Counted from the first letter of the stretch, positions 1 to 10,712 are shown. The stretch: 64,000 nucleotides of DNA from Nitrospirota bacterium (GCA_963845065.1 CAWJQQ010000009.1:384001-448000), one strand, 5' to 3'. Notes: generated by a model not told the origin, from the letters alone. Numbers and translations: made by a program.

Positions 1-1249
1 TGCTGATTTATACGTAAAGGGGTACCGCGTCAAATATTATATCCTGATCGCAGTCCTCGTTTCAGCCCTCTTTACGCTTCAACCGGTTGGATTCATTGAC
101 CCGCTTTCGCTCCTCATTCGATCGTTATCCGTGAGCGTTTATCCCTTGTTCAACTACAGCGTGAGGTCGACATTCGATACAATCTATGCAATGAACCTAC
201 TCGGCTCTGCGAACATAACCGAACCGGTTTATAGGGTGCTCAAAAAAACCGTGCTTTCATTTGATCAATCGTTCTACAAACAAAGCGTACTGATGGGCAG
301 TCTCTTCTTTATTGTTCTCGGCTTGAATTTGATTGAGAAGAGGTTTTGGTGCAAATACCTTTGCCCGCTCGGCGCCCTCCTCGGCATCTTTTCGCGATAT
401 TCGATATTGAAGCGGTCAGTGAGCGAAGGATGTACCTCCTGCGGAATCTGCGCAACCACCTGCCAGGGAAATGCCAGGCCCGACGCAGGTGAACACTGGA
501 AGGACACCGAATGCCTCGTGTGCTGGAACTGCGACGATATCTGTCCACAGAATGCAGTGAGTTTCGGTTTTTTGGGCAAGCGGTCAGCTGCAGCCATGGA
601 CCTCGGCAGGAGAAGAATCATTGCATCGGCTCTCAGCGGGATAGTAGCCGTTCCGCTTCTGCGTATTACGCCGATTACAAGGACGAATTCCCAGAACCCC
701 GATCTTTTGCGCCCTCCGGGGTCGCTTGAAGAAAAGGAGTTTCTGAAACGTTGCGTCAAGTGTGGGGAATGTATGAGGGTCTGCATCACGAACGGACTCC
801 AGCCGACGTTCCTGGAAGCCGGGGCCGAAGGCATCTGGTCTCCATTGCTTGTCCCGCGCATCGGTTACTGCGAATATCGCTGCACGCTCTGTGGCCAGGT
901 TTGCCCTACCGGGGCTATCAAAAGACTGCATCTGGAGGATAAAGCGAAAACGAAGATCGGCCTTGCGATGATCGACAAGGGAAGGTGCCTTCCCTGGGCC
1001 CATGACCGGCCGTGCATCATGTGCGAGGAAGTCTGTCCTACACCGAAAAAAGCCATCTGGATCGAAAAAGTCCAGGTGCGCGATCGCCAGGGCAAGAGCG
1101 TGTTTGTACAGCAACCTCATGTGGACCTCGAACTGTGCATCGGCTGCGGCATTTGCGAGAACAAGTGCCCTGTGCTCGGCAGGCCAGCAATTTATGTATC
1201 GAGCGTGGGGGAGAGCAGGTCGAAGGGGAATCAGTTACTGCTAACATGA
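1..1249 (+). CDS. Membrane 4Fe-4S polyferredoxin, NapH/MauN-like fused to NapG/MauM-like (5' partial)
   Basis: Frame is open from position 2 (ADLYVKGYRVKYYIL...). Contains RFWCKYLCPLG, several CxxCxxCxxxC motifs and LRPPG...FLKRCVKCGECMRVC. Confidence 0.8.
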   Translation, partial: ADLYVKGYRVKYYILIAVLVSALFTLQPVGFIDPLSLLIRSLSVSVYPLFNYSVRSTFDTIYAMNLLGSANITEPVYRVLKKTVLSFDQSFYKQSVLMGSLFFIVLGLNLIEKRFWCKYLCPLGALLGIFSRYSILKRSVSEGCTSCGICATTCQGNARPDAGEHWKDTECLVCWNCDDICPQNAVSFGFLGKRSAAAMDLGRRRIIASALSGIVAVPLLRITPITRTNSQNPDLLRPPGSLEEKEFLKRCVKCGECMRVCITNGLQPTFLEAGAEGIWSPLLVPRIGYCEYRCTLCGQVCPTGAIKRLHLEDKAKTKIGLAMIDKGRCLPWAHDRPCIMCEEVCPTPKKAIWIEKVQVRDRQGKSVFVQQPHVDLELCIGCGICENKCPVLGRPAIYVSSVGESRSKGNQLLLT

Positions 1250-1348
1250 ACGGAAACGCCTCTAAGCCATTGCATGCGGTTTTTCATTGTAGGTTTTGTC
1301 AGAGAGTAGTGGTTGATCATTTAAAATCCATGTTCAAGTGAGGGAAGA

Positions 1349-2218
1349 TTGAAATACGCATACATCATTGCCATCGTGGTTCTCATTTTATGTAGCCGCG
1401 TGATGCCAGCGGCAGCAGCGCGTCAGCAAAGGATCCCTGCAAAGGCTGCAATCGTCGTTGACTCAAACGGAGAGGTTCTTTACGCAAAGTACCCCGATGC
1501 AAAACTCGCACCTGCAAGCACCGTCAAGCTTGTTACTGCCATGGTGGTTATCGACAGGCTTGATCCAGCGATCAAAGTGAAGATCAGCAGGAATGCGGGG
1601 AGGGTCCGGTCCATACAGCCGAGACTGTATGCCGGCGAAGAGGTTACGGTTTCCGATCTTCTTCACCTCGCCCTCATGAAATCCATCAATTCCGCTGCGG
1701 TGGCTCTTGCCGAAGCGGCAGCCGGATCAGAGAAGGACTTTGTAACGTTGATGAACCAGAAGGCGAAAGAGATAGGAACCAACAACACGCTCTTTGCAAA
1801 TGCATCAGGCCTCCCGAAGGGGACTCAATACACCACCGCTAGTGATCTTGCCCTCATTTTGAAGGCATCGCTCTCATATCCTCTTATACGAGATATCCTG
1901 GGTACGAAAGCATATCTGATAAGTACAGCGGAGGGACGGGAAATATTTCTGGAGAACTCGAACAATCTCCTTTGGCAGGAGGACAATATAATCGGCGGGA
2001 AAACGGGCTACACCGGGAATGCACGGCACTGTTTTGTATGTGCGATCGATACGGGCAGAGGCCCCCTTTTTACTGCAGTCCTCGGAGCTCGTTCCCGGAG
2101 CAGCTTATGGAGAAGCACACTCATGCTTGAGGCGATCGGTATGCAAAAGGAGGCGTTGCATAGACTAGATTTGCCGAACGACGGTTCAGGGGCAGTCCAT
2201 GCCGTGGCAAGTGAATAA
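1349..2218 (+). CDS. D-alanyl-D-alanine carboxypeptidase/endopeptidase (peptidase S11)
   Basis: Signal peptide; SxxK (STVK), SxN (SIN) and KTG motifs; TTG start. Confidence 0.9.
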   Translation: MKYAYIIAIVVLILCSRVMPAAAARQQRIPAKAAIVVDSNGEVLYAKYPDAKLAPASTVKLVTAMVVIDRLDPAIKVKISRNAGRVRSIQPRLYAGEEVTVSDLLHLALMKSINSAAVALAEAAAGSEKDFVTLMNQKAKEIGTNNTLFANASGLPKGTQYTTASDLALILKASLSYPLIRDILGTKAYLISTAEGREIFLENSNNLLWQEDNIIGGKTGYTGNARHCFVCAIDTGRGPLFTAVLGARSRSSLWRSTLMLEAIGMQKEALHRLDLPNDGSGAVHAVASE

Positions 2219-2343
2219 CGCGCACACCAGATGACGAGTCAATGGTACATTTATGAATGTTAGCCTGGTGGCGGTGACTTTCTGCCCTAATGCTAGATCA
2301 GGTACTTTGTCTCATTTCATAGCCTTATCTTTAACTGCAGCGA

Positions 2344-3432
2344 TCAAACCGTGGTAAACTTCAGCGACTCAGCCAGAGCCTGGTTCACGATTTTGCCGTG
2401 ATAGGTGTTGAGCGCACTTCTGATGATCACGTCTTCCAGTACTGCTTTTTTGATCCCTTTATCAGCGATAATCTTAATATAAGGCAAGGTGGCGTTCGTG
2501 AGGGCCAGCGTTGACGTCCTCGGGTAGGCACCCGGCATATTTGCTACGCAATAGTGGATAATGCCGTCAACGGCGAACACGGGGTCATCGTGCGTCGTGG
2601 GGTGCGAGGTTTCAACGCACCCGCCCTGGTCAATGGAGACGTCAACGATAACCGCACCTTTTTTCATGGTCCTGAGCATCGGTCTGGTAATCAAAATAGG
2701 TGACCTGCCTCCGGGCACTAGGACTGCACCGACAATGATATCCACATCCCTGATCTCTTCCGCGATGGTCTGGGTTGTTACGGGCAGGGTTTTCACCCTT
2801 CCCATGAACAACTCATCTATTTTTTGAAGCCGTTCCGTAACTTTGTTCATTAGGATGGTTTCCATTCCGAGACTCGATGCCACCCGGGCCGCATTCGTAC
2901 CGACCACTCCCGCGCCGAGGATCACAGTTTTTGCAGGCTTGACGCCGCTCGCACCGGTTGCCAGAATGCCTGAACCTCCTTTGAATTTCTGAAGATAGTA
3001 AATCCCCATGAGCGGGGCCATACGACCGGCTATTTCGCTCATCGGTGATAAAAGAGGCAGACTATTGTCTTTGGTCAGTGTCTCGTACGCGATGCCTGTT
3101 ACACGTTTCCTCAAAAGAACTTCGGAAAGCTCCCTGTTCGGCGCAAGATGAAGATAAGTAAAGACCGCCTGCTCGCGCCGGACAAAATCATATTCTGCCG
3201 GAACCGGTTCTTTGACCTTGACGATCAATTCGGCCTTTTCGAAGAGGCTGTGCTTATCGGTCATATCAGCTCCGGCTTTTCTATACTCTTCATCAGTGAA
3301 CCCGCTGCCTTCTCCGGCACCAGTCTCGACGAGAACGGTGTGGCCGTCCTGATTCAAGTCATGTACGCCGAAGGGCGTGACGCCGACGCGAAATTCTTCG
3401 ACTTTAATCTCTTTGGGGACGCCGATAATCAT
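2344..3432 (-). CDS. ald: Alanine dehydrogenase
   Basis: MIIGVPKEIK N-terminus, FTYLHLA, GAGVVG, IDQGGC, CVANMPGA. Start moved to the ATG at 3432. Confidence 0.95.
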   Translation of the reverse strand: MIIGVPKEIKVEEFRVGVTPFGVHDLNQDGHTVLVETGAGEGSGFTDEEYRKAGADMTDKHSLFEKAELIVKVKEPVPAEYDFVRREQAVFTYLHLAPNRELSEVLLRKRVTGIAYETLTKDNSLPLLSPMSEIAGRMAPLMGIYYLQKFKGGSGILATGASGVKPAKTVILGAGVVGTNAARVASSLGMETILMNKVTERLQKIDELFMGRVKTLPVTTQTIAEEIRDVDIIVGAVLVPGGRSPILITRPMLRTMKKGAVIVDVSIDQGGCVETSHPTTHDDPVFAVDGIIHYCVANMPGAYPRTSTLALTNATLPYIKIIADKGIKKAVLEDVIIRSALNTYHGKIVNQALAESLKFTTV

Positions 3433-3482
3433 GTCTGATCCTGGGTGACTTCTTCTTATGTACCTAATGAACTCTCCCGCCA

Positions 3483-3710
3483 CTATAAGAACGGAGTAAG
3501 ATCCTCATCCTTCGATTGAGAGTATTGCTGATTGACAGGAGTTAGCATGCCGGTCAAAGCAAGAGCGTGGTTACGGAACGTGCAGAAGTAATTGTTCCAA
3601 GCGGCCTTAGCGTTGTATATCAACCGTTGACAACCTATCCATAGAGTAAGCACCTCTTGCAATTTCTCTGTCGGATAGGCTCTAAATTTAACTCCGCCTG
3701 ATGGACTCAT
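3483..3710 (-). pseudogene. tnpB: Truncated TnpB (IS200/IS605/IS607 OrfB), N-terminal HTH only
   Basis: VKFRAYPTEKLQEVLTLWIGCQRLIYN matches the OrfB N-terminal pattern. Stops after 75 aa with no RuvC or zinc finger. Confidence 0.75.
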
Positions 3711-3942
3711 AGTTTATTGACCTAATATGAACATTATATCATATAAGTGGATACATGCCTATTTTTGGGGCGGGAAAATGCATTGACCAGTAAAGTTACA
3801 TGGCATCCGCTAGACCCCTTCTGGAATTTTACGCCTCCTAGGGGAATGCGCGGACAGGAATTCATGAGAGTATTGACTAATTGGAGAATTTTCGGTACTA
3901 TGAGCGTTCAAAAAAAATATTCTATCAGGAGGGTATTATTAT

Positions 3943-4470
3943 ATGGTAGAAGAAAAAAAAGAGTCTTGGCTCAATTATCTCGCACTCACGACGGTGATCT
4001 TCGCGGTCTGTGCAACGCTTTCAACGCTCAAAGGCGGGGGGTATGGTTCGAAGGCGGTTATGTCACAGGAGCAGGCTTCGGATCAGTGGTCCTATTATCA
4101 GGCAAAGAGCATAAAAGGTGATCTCTATGGGCTTCAGCGGGACAAGCTGAATCTTGAATTGAAAGTGGGGGCGCGCGGTGCTGCGGCAGAGTATCGGGAA
4201 AAGGTCCAATTCTACCAGACCGAGATAAACCGCTATAACGGTGAAAAGGAAGAGATCAAGAAAAAGGCCTATGTACTCGAGGCGAGCAGAGACGATGCAC
4301 AGAAACATTCCGGCGCCTTCGGTTTGGCGGCCATGTTTCTCCAGATAGCAATCCTGCTCTCGTCCATTGCTGCCTTGATGAAGCAGAAATATTTTTGGTA
4401 TCTCGGATTGGCTTCGGGAGTTTCTGGCCTCATCTATTTCTTTAACGGGTTTTTCCTCTTCATGAAATAG
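3943..4470 (+). CDS. DUF4337-like membrane protein
   Basis: ASDQWSYYQAKSIK and LQIAILLSSIAAL motifs; N- and C-terminal TM helices; GGAGG RBS. Confidence 0.75.
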   Translation: MVEEKKESWLNYLALTTVIFAVCATLSTLKGGGYGSKAVMSQEQASDQWSYYQAKSIKGDLYGLQRDKLNLELKVGARGAAAEYREKVQFYQTEINRYNGEKEEIKKKAYVLEASRDDAQKHSGAFGLAAMFLQIAILLSSIAALMKQKYFWYLGLASGVSGLIYFFNGFFLFMK

Positions 4471-4603
4471 TTTGTACGGAACGGGGTGGCAAAGTAGCAG
4501 CCCCCTATTCGTTCATCCATTCGACATAACTTCATCGGTGCTCTTGTCCTGTTTTTGGGCATACCCGCAAAGATTTGTTACCCTTCACTTATAGATAAGG
4601 AAC

Positions 4604-5353
4604 ATGGAAATGAAACGATACAAATGGCAAATAGTTCTTGGCACATCGCTAATCACGGTTTCGATGGCATTATTTATCGCTCAAATCATTATTTTTCAGG
4701 ATGTGCGAAATACGTTTTTCTATCTGCTTCAGGACATCGCTTTTATCCCGATCCAGGTGTTATTAGTTACGTTGATTTTGAATACACTTTTGAACGTCCG
4801 CGAAAAGGTTGCTATGCTGAACAAATTGAACATGGTCATCGGCACGTTCTTCAGCGAGGTTGGTAGCGGGCTTTTGAAATGCTTCTCAGATTTCGACCAT
4901 AACACCGACAAGACCAGGGCCGAGCTCCAGGTATCAATCCACTGGTCGGAGCAGCATTTTTCAAAAGTTGCCAGGGATTTCTCAAAGTATGATTTGCGTA
5001 TCGACTATGTAAAGGCCGACCTGATGGCACTCAAGGCCTATCTGGCCGGTAAGCGCGATTTTCTTTTGAGACTTCTCGAGAACCCTAACCTGCTCGAGCA
5101 TGAGACATTCACCGAGCTGCTCTGGGCAGTTTTTCACCTAACCGAAGAGTTGTCGGTACGGGATGACGTTAATCAACTGACCACTGTTGACGGCAACCAT
5201 ATCGGTGGCGACATGAAACGGGCGTATTCTCTTCTCATCGTGGAATGGCTTATGTACATGAAGCACCTAAAACGCGAATATCCATATCTTTTCTCGCTGG
5301 CTGTACGCTTAAATCCTTTTGATATACAGGCGTCGGCTATCGTGAAAGAATAG
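4604..5353 (+). CDS. Conserved hypothetical membrane protein
   Basis: 249 aa, two N-terminal TM segments, AAGGA RBS. Confidence 0.7.
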   Translation: MEMKRYKWQIVLGTSLITVSMALFIAQIIIFQDVRNTFFYLLQDIAFIPIQVLLVTLILNTLLNVREKVAMLNKLNMVIGTFFSEVGSGLLKCFSDFDHNTDKTRAELQVSIHWSEQHFSKVARDFSKYDLRIDYVKADLMALKAYLAGKRDFLLRLLENPNLLEHETFTELLWAVFHLTEELSVRDDVNQLTTVDGNHIGGDMKRAYSLLIVEWLMYMKHLKREYPYLFSLAVRLNPFDIQASAIVKE

Positions 5354-5728
5354 TCATCTAGGAAAATAGCGCGGGAATCCCCATGTGCTTTGGCGGTGGG
5401 AGGCCAAAATGAGGATAACTTTTGCTGCAAGGAGAGGACGTCGTTAGAAAACCCTAATAAGGGATTGCACGTTTGTTGCCGAAATATATTTAATAATAAC
5501 CTCGATAACCCATCGGTGTTTATCGTTATTGAAATCGGGCAGACCTGGTCTCTGGGCATGACGACCGGGGCAAACCGAGGCATTTTAACTTGGCGCACTC
5601 TTTTTTCGGACGGACAGGATTGCAAAAATCATATAAAATTATATCGGACTCGCACAGATTTGCAAGCCGTAATTGCTGAGTAACGTAAACAACATTTATG
5701 ACCTCAAACGCCACTCCTGTGCCTCGTC

Positions 5729-7015
5729 CTAATTTTTAAAGTCAATTGCTTCGCCCTTCCTGATATCTTCTGTACTATTGCTTACCACGGCGGTAGATGT
5801 CAGATCCTTCACCAGAAAGACGAGCACCTCGCCGACTGCTTTTCTTGGAATTCCCTTTTCCCCAGGTTCTTCGTATACAACGAATCGGTCGCCCGGTTCA
5901 ACGCCGTCCAGGCTTCCTTTATCCAGGTAAACGATGTCTGACTCCCCGTTTATGGCGTGATTGTCTGTCACCGCAAGAATATAGCCTGAAATATCTTTTA
6001 CCTTTTTTTGTGATGATTCATAGATGAGGGAAGGTTCCTGATAGGGTATCAATTGACTTTTCTTCTCGATGGCATTGAACGAGAGAGTGATCTGAGCGGT
6101 GAGCACGTCATCTGAATCCTTGGCAGTAATCTGAAGGATGCCTAATCCGCGGATGAGCCGCCCATAGGGTTTGTGGGTTATCGGATGCCTTACCCTTTCG
6201 AGCGGTGAGTAGATGAGATACTTGTCGCCGACATTCATATTTTCTTTTGAATTGACTTTTATATACACGATGTCGCCATAGCCGTATATTGTTTTTTCGC
6301 TATCGGCTCCACCAACGATCATGCCACTGCTTTCGATATCATTCACAAAGCCCGCGCTTAGCATGGAGTACTTATCGATGAGCGGAACGGCCTGCTGCTC
6401 CGGTACAATGAGCGAGCTCCCTTCTGATGGGGCCGCTGCTTCTGGAGCTTCTACGGGAGGAGCGGGCGGTACCGGTTTTGGCTGCGCGATCCGGGCCGTA
6501 CTAATACCTTCCTCTGGTTCTGGTTTCTGAGCAGGCACCGCCACTTCCTCTTTCGGGGCGGGCTGCTGCTCGATCGCCTGTTCCACGGGGGCGAGATTCG
6601 GGATGGATAGTTTACTGCCGGCAAATATCATGTCCGGATCGGTTATGTCCGGATTTGCTTTCCAGATGAATGGCCAGAGAAAAGGATCTTTTAGATAAGT
6701 ATTCGCGATGTCCCAGAGCGTGTCGCCAGGTTTGATCGTGTATACTGTCGCCTCTTCCGGTGCGGGGACAGAGGCTGAAGTCTCCACAGGGGATGATGGC
6801 GCTTGCTGTTTTTCAGACGCCGACTCTGCTTGTTTCATGGTGGGATTGACCACCGCATTACCCTGCTGCTGGACAACTTCCCCGGTTTTTTCGGGCTGCG
6901 GCACAGCAGGGGCATTCTGATCCTGAGAAACGGCTATACCGGGAGCAAACAGGACAAGCAATAAAAGAAGAGCAAAGCACGCTGCATGCGAAATAGCGTC
7001 CAACCGTTTGGTCAT
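5729..7015 (-). CDS. LysM peptidoglycan-binding domain protein
   Basis: Signal peptide; YTIKPGDTLWDIA...IWKANPDITDPDMIFAGSKLSIP LysM domain; Pro/Glu-rich linkers. Confidence 0.9.
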   Translation of the reverse strand: MTKRLDAISHAACFALLLLLVLFAPGIAVSQDQNAPAVPQPEKTGEVVQQQGNAVVNPTMKQAESASEKQQAPSSPVETSASVPAPEEATVYTIKPGDTLWDIANTYLKDPFLWPFIWKANPDITDPDMIFAGSKLSIPNLAPVEQAIEQQPAPKEEVAVPAQKPEPEEGISTARIAQPKPVPPAPPVEAPEAAAPSEGSSLIVPEQQAVPLIDKYSMLSAGFVNDIESSGMIVGGADSEKTIYGYGDIVYIKVNSKENMNVGDKYLIYSPLERVRHPITHKPYGRLIRGLGILQITAKDSDDVLTAQITLSFNAIEKKSQLIPYQEPSLIYESSQKKVKDISGYILAVTDNHAINGESDIVYLDKGSLDGVEPGDRFVVYEEPGEKGIPRKAVGEVLVFLVKDLTSTAVVSNSTEDIRKGEAIDFKN

Positions 7016-7377
7016 TCCTGCCTCCTGACGTAATTGCCTTTTTTATACCAGTGAGAGCTGGCATTGCGGTGATCCGTGTTCTGGGAATTCAAGCAGGTAG
7101 GCCGCTCCGGCGAACCGGGAAGGAACGCGTAAGTCGAAAGGATGGCGAAAATCATTGTGTCGGGGCACATTCCGAAACGATCCTCCTTGTGCTGAACGGC
7201 ATAGGAGCCAAATCTCTATCCTTTATCCGGCTATCCGCTAGTTGATTCAAAAGGGGATTGCAGGGCCAATTTTTTCTAAAGATTAACGAGAAACCTCTGG
7301 TTTGTCAAGAGAATAATAGGAATGGTGTTAAACCAGACCTTGCTTTTGACCGGTATTTTTGGTATTCTGCCGATACG

Positions 7378-9561
7378 ATGAAAGCTAGCAGTAAAGAAGG
7401 CCAAACCGGGTGGAAGGGAGTCCTGTATCTCTTCGGGTTTCTCGCACTGACCGCACTTGCCATGGTGCTACAACTCGAACACAGGGGGTTTGGAGGCCCG
7501 CTTTCCGATAACATTCTCATATTTCTGCTCGTGAGCGCGAATTTCCTGCTCTTTGCGGTTGTCATAGTCATGATTGCCAGGAGCCTTTGGAAACTCTCTG
7601 TCGAACGAAAGCACGGAGTGCTGGGCGCTCGCTTTCGGAGAAAACTCGTTTTTGCATTTGTCAGCCTTTCGTTTATCCCGCCTGTTCTTCTGTACTTTAT
7701 CGGGAGCGGGATGTTCACCAGCAGTATAGAGCGGTTGTTCAGTCTTCGCATTGAAAATTCCCTGAAGGATTCCATAGTCCTTACGCAGGAATATTACGAC
7801 CGGCTTCAAAAAGACGCCTTCTCTTTTGCTAAGCAGATTAGCAGTCAAATGAGCGAGACCCGGCTCCTGACGCAATTTGAAAACCCAGTACTCAAAGACT
7901 ATCTGGCAAAAAAAGGGAATGAGTACGGCCTGGGATCCGTCGAGCTTTTCCTTGGACCGAATAAGCGCACCGTAGTCGTAGTGACTAGCCAATATCCGGC
8001 CAGGACCTTTACCCAGACGCCACCTGAGCTGGTAGCCCAGGCACTCGCGGGCCAGGAAGCAGCTGATATATCCAGTACGGGAAACAATAAGGGTGATAGC
8101 CTGAGGGCAGTTGTTCCGCTCTACGAGACCTCGGAAAGAGGCCCGGTCACTGCCGCGATCGCTGTCAGTTATTATGTCCCTCAGAACCTGTCTGCGAAAG
8201 TGGATTCGATACGTGAGGGGTACGTGCAGTATCGGCAGGCATTCAAAAAAAAGGAACCGATCAAGGTTGCCTATCAGCTCGGTTTTCTTGCAGTTACCCT
8301 CGCGCTCCTTCTTGCCGCGATCTGGGTGGCGCTCCGGGTTGCTGCCGGCATCACTGTCCCGATCAAGAAACTCGCTGAAGGGACCGCAGCGGTCGCGGCA
8401 GGCAAATTTGATTATCACATCGACGAGAAGTCCGGCGACGAAGTAGGTGTGCTGATCGATTCCTTCAATCTGATGACCAAGGAACTCAAGGCCTCCCGGG
8501 AGCTGCTTGAGCAGGAAATGAACTATAAGAAGACGATCCTATCAAACATCGACACGGGAGTCGTATCCATCGACCGGGCGGCGCGGATAACAACAGTCAA
8601 CCAGTCCGCTTCGGAGGTCCTCGGCATCCGGGAAGAAGATGTACTCGGAAAACGGTACGATGAGGCCTTTGAGTTCATTGAGTTGGGTCCGATCCGCGGC
8701 CTGTTCCGCAAGCTGGAAGAGGGCCAGGGGTGGGCTGAGGAGGAACTTCAACTGAACGTTCGTGGTCGCATGCTGACCTTAAGGATGCGGGTCTCGACCC
8801 TTCGTGACGGCAGCGGTATGCTCATAGGATCTGTCATTACCTTCGACGATCTCACTGAACTCCTCCGGGCAAAAAAAGCCGAGACCTGGCAGGACGTTGC
8901 CAGGCGGATTGCGCACGAGTTCAAAAACCCGTTGACGCCCATCAAACTTTCCGCAGAACGCCTTCGGAAGAAATATGCAGAGGGCTCGCCGGACTTTGAT
9001 GCTGTTTTCGATGAGTGCAGTCGGACAATCGTCCAGGAAGCCGACGGCTTGCGGAACCTTGTTGACGAATTCGCGAATTTTGCCCGAATGCCGAGTTCAA
9101 AGCCAGTCCCCCAGTCGCTGGCTCCAGTGCTTGAAAACGTGGTTCAGCTTTACAGTGGTGCGCACAAAGACATTGTGGTAGTGAAAGACATTGCGCCGGA
9201 CATGCCCTTTGTGCTTTTGGACAATGAACAGATAAAGCGTGTATTCATCAATCTTTTCGAGAATGCCGTGGAGGCGATGGGCGGCAAAGGCAGAATCTGG
9301 ATTTCAGCAGGAATGAACACTAACAATATGGCGCAGATCATCGTGGCAGATGAGGGCACGGGAATAACGAATGAAGACATTCCCAAGTTATTTCAACCTG
9401 ATTTTTCGAGGAAGAAGAAAATGAGCGGACTGGGTCTATCTATTGTGCTTCGGATCATCAAGGACCATGGCGGGGTGATCCGCGTGGAGCAGAATAGCCC
9501 CCGAGGGGCGCGGTTTGTCATTGAACTCCCCGCTACAATGAAGGAAGTCAGGAGCGCATAA
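7378..9561 (+). CDS. NtrY-like sensor histidine kinase (HAMP-PAS-HisKA-HATPase)
   Basis: WQDVARRIAHEFKNPLTPIKLSAERL H-box, NLFENA, DEGTGI, GLGL; three N-terminal TM segments. Confidence 0.9.
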   Translation: MKASSKEGQTGWKGVLYLFGFLALTALAMVLQLEHRGFGGPLSDNILIFLLVSANFLLFAVVIVMIARSLWKLSVERKHGVLGARFRRKLVFAFVSLSFIPPVLLYFIGSGMFTSSIERLFSLRIENSLKDSIVLTQEYYDRLQKDAFSFAKQISSQMSETRLLTQFENPVLKDYLAKKGNEYGLGSVELFLGPNKRTVVVVTSQYPARTFTQTPPELVAQALAGQEAADISSTGNNKGDSLRAVVPLYETSERGPVTAAIAVSYYVPQNLSAKVDSIREGYVQYRQAFKKKEPIKVAYQLGFLAVTLALLLAAIWVALRVAAGITVPIKKLAEGTAAVAAGKFDYHIDEKSGDEVGVLIDSFNLMTKELKASRELLEQEMNYKKTILSNIDTGVVSIDRAARITTVNQSASEVLGIREEDVLGKRYDEAFEFIELGPIRGLFRKLEEGQGWAEEELQLNVRGRMLTLRMRVSTLRDGSGMLIGSVITFDDLTELLRAKKAETWQDVARRIAHEFKNPLTPIKLSAERLRKKYAEGSPDFDAVFDECSRTIVQEADGLRNLVDEFANFARMPSSKPVPQSLAPVLENVVQLYSGAHKDIVVVKDIAPDMPFVLLDNEQIKRVFINLFENAVEAMGGKGRIWISAGMNTNNMAQIIVADEGTGITNEDIPKLFQPDFSRKKKMSGLGLSIVLRIIKDHGGVIRVEQNSPRGARFVIELPATMKEVRSA

Positions 9562-9656
9562 TACAGGGTTCGTAACTATACTGAAGAGACTTTCTCTTCA
9601 GACTGTAAACCGTGAATTCTGAGCTGTTAACTTAAGAAATTGGAGGATATTCTATT

Positions 9657-10025
9657 TTGGATACAGCTTCAACAATACTTATAAGTCTTGTTGCACTCTA
9701 TATGATCATCAAACTGTTCGGTTTGCTGAGCCGGTGGGGAATTAAACAGATCCGGCCGCAGGAACTCGATCAAAAAAAGGGGGTTGTACTTCTCGACGTC
9801 CGCACGGACAAGGAGTATGCTCAGGGACACATCCCTGGCGCCGTCCATGTTCCGCTCACGGATATTGGTGAAAAAGTCAAAAAACTCAAGAAGGACAAGG
9901 ATATTATAGTTTTTTGTCAGAACGGGAACCGCAGCATCTGGGCAATTAAGCGGTTGATGGGCATGGGTTACAAGAACTTGTATAATTTGAAGGGCGGCTA
10001 CCGTGCCTGGAAAAGAACTCATTGA
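9657..10025 (+). CDS. Rhodanese-like domain protein
   Basis: LLDVRT..EY..GHIPGA, active-site CQNGNRS, NLKGG; N-terminal TM segment. Confidence 0.9.
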   Translation: MDTASTILISLVALYMIIKLFGLLSRWGIKQIRPQELDQKKGVVLLDVRTDKEYAQGHIPGAVHVPLTDIGEKVKKLKKDKDIIVFCQNGNRSIWAIKRLMGMGYKNLYNLKGGYRAWKRTH

Positions 10026-10656
10026 TGAACTGAAACGCGACTACCGCTCGAAAAGGCCGCAGATCGTGAAGCGTCTTGCCGAGTTTAAAAAAAGATATAA
10101 GAAAGGCGATCGCGCGATCTTCGAAGAACTTTGTTACTGCATCGTGACTGCTGGTAGCAGCGCGAAGATGGGCATGAAGACGGTGGCAGTACTTCATGAT
10201 ATATTGCATTCCGGCAGCATGTTAGAACTTCGAAATCGCGCACAGGCTCACCGCGTGAGGTTCTGGCGTGTACGGACCACCTACATCTATCATACCCGCG
10301 AGTATTTGAAGGCTGCCTGCGGGTTCAAACTCCGCCGGCTGCTCGAGTCCTTCGATGGTCGGGACGCCCGCCGTGATTTTTTTGCACAGAACAAATCAGT
10401 CAAGGGCTTGGGGTATAAAGAAGCGAGCCATTTCCTCCGTAACATCGGCTTCCCCGGTTATGCTATCCTCGATAAGCATATCATGAATAGCCTCCGTGAA
10501 ATGGGCGTGATCAGTAAAAAAATGCGCCATACGACGCGAGCCGGATACCTGGAAATCGAAAAACGGCTTGAACAGTTCGCCGCTGAAATCGGAATAGATA
10601 TGGACCATCTCGACCTGCTCCTGTGGTCGAGAAAAACAGGTGAAATATTGAAATAA
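10003..10656 (+). CDS. ogg: 8-oxoguanine DNA glycosylase/AP lyase (OGG2 type)
   Basis: FEELCYCI, HhH motif VKGLGYKEASHFLRNIG, ILDKHI, C-terminal GEILK. Confidence 0.88.
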   Translation: MPGKELIDELKRDYRSKRPQIVKRLAEFKKRYKKGDRAIFEELCYCIVTAGSSAKMGMKTVAVLHDILHSGSMLELRNRAQAHRVRFWRVRTTYIYHTREYLKAACGFKLRRLLESFDGRDARRDFFAQNKSVKGLGYKEASHFLRNIGFPGYAILDKHIMNSLREMGVISKKMRHTTRAGYLEIEKRLEQFAAEIGIDMDHLDLLLWSRKTGEILK

Positions 10657-10712
10657 CAGCTGGCGTCGTTGGTAGCACAGGCAGTTATGTCTACCGTGAT
10701 TGAGGTGTGTTC

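Noticed and set aside
5566..5600. GGCAAACC...GGCGCA resembling a c-di-GMP-I riboswitch
   Set aside because: No GAAA tetraloop or GCAAA continuation, and the next gene is convergent.
7020..7250. Possible riboswitch in the leader of the LysM gene
   Set aside because: Only short hairpins; no c-di-AMP or other consensus recognisable by eye.
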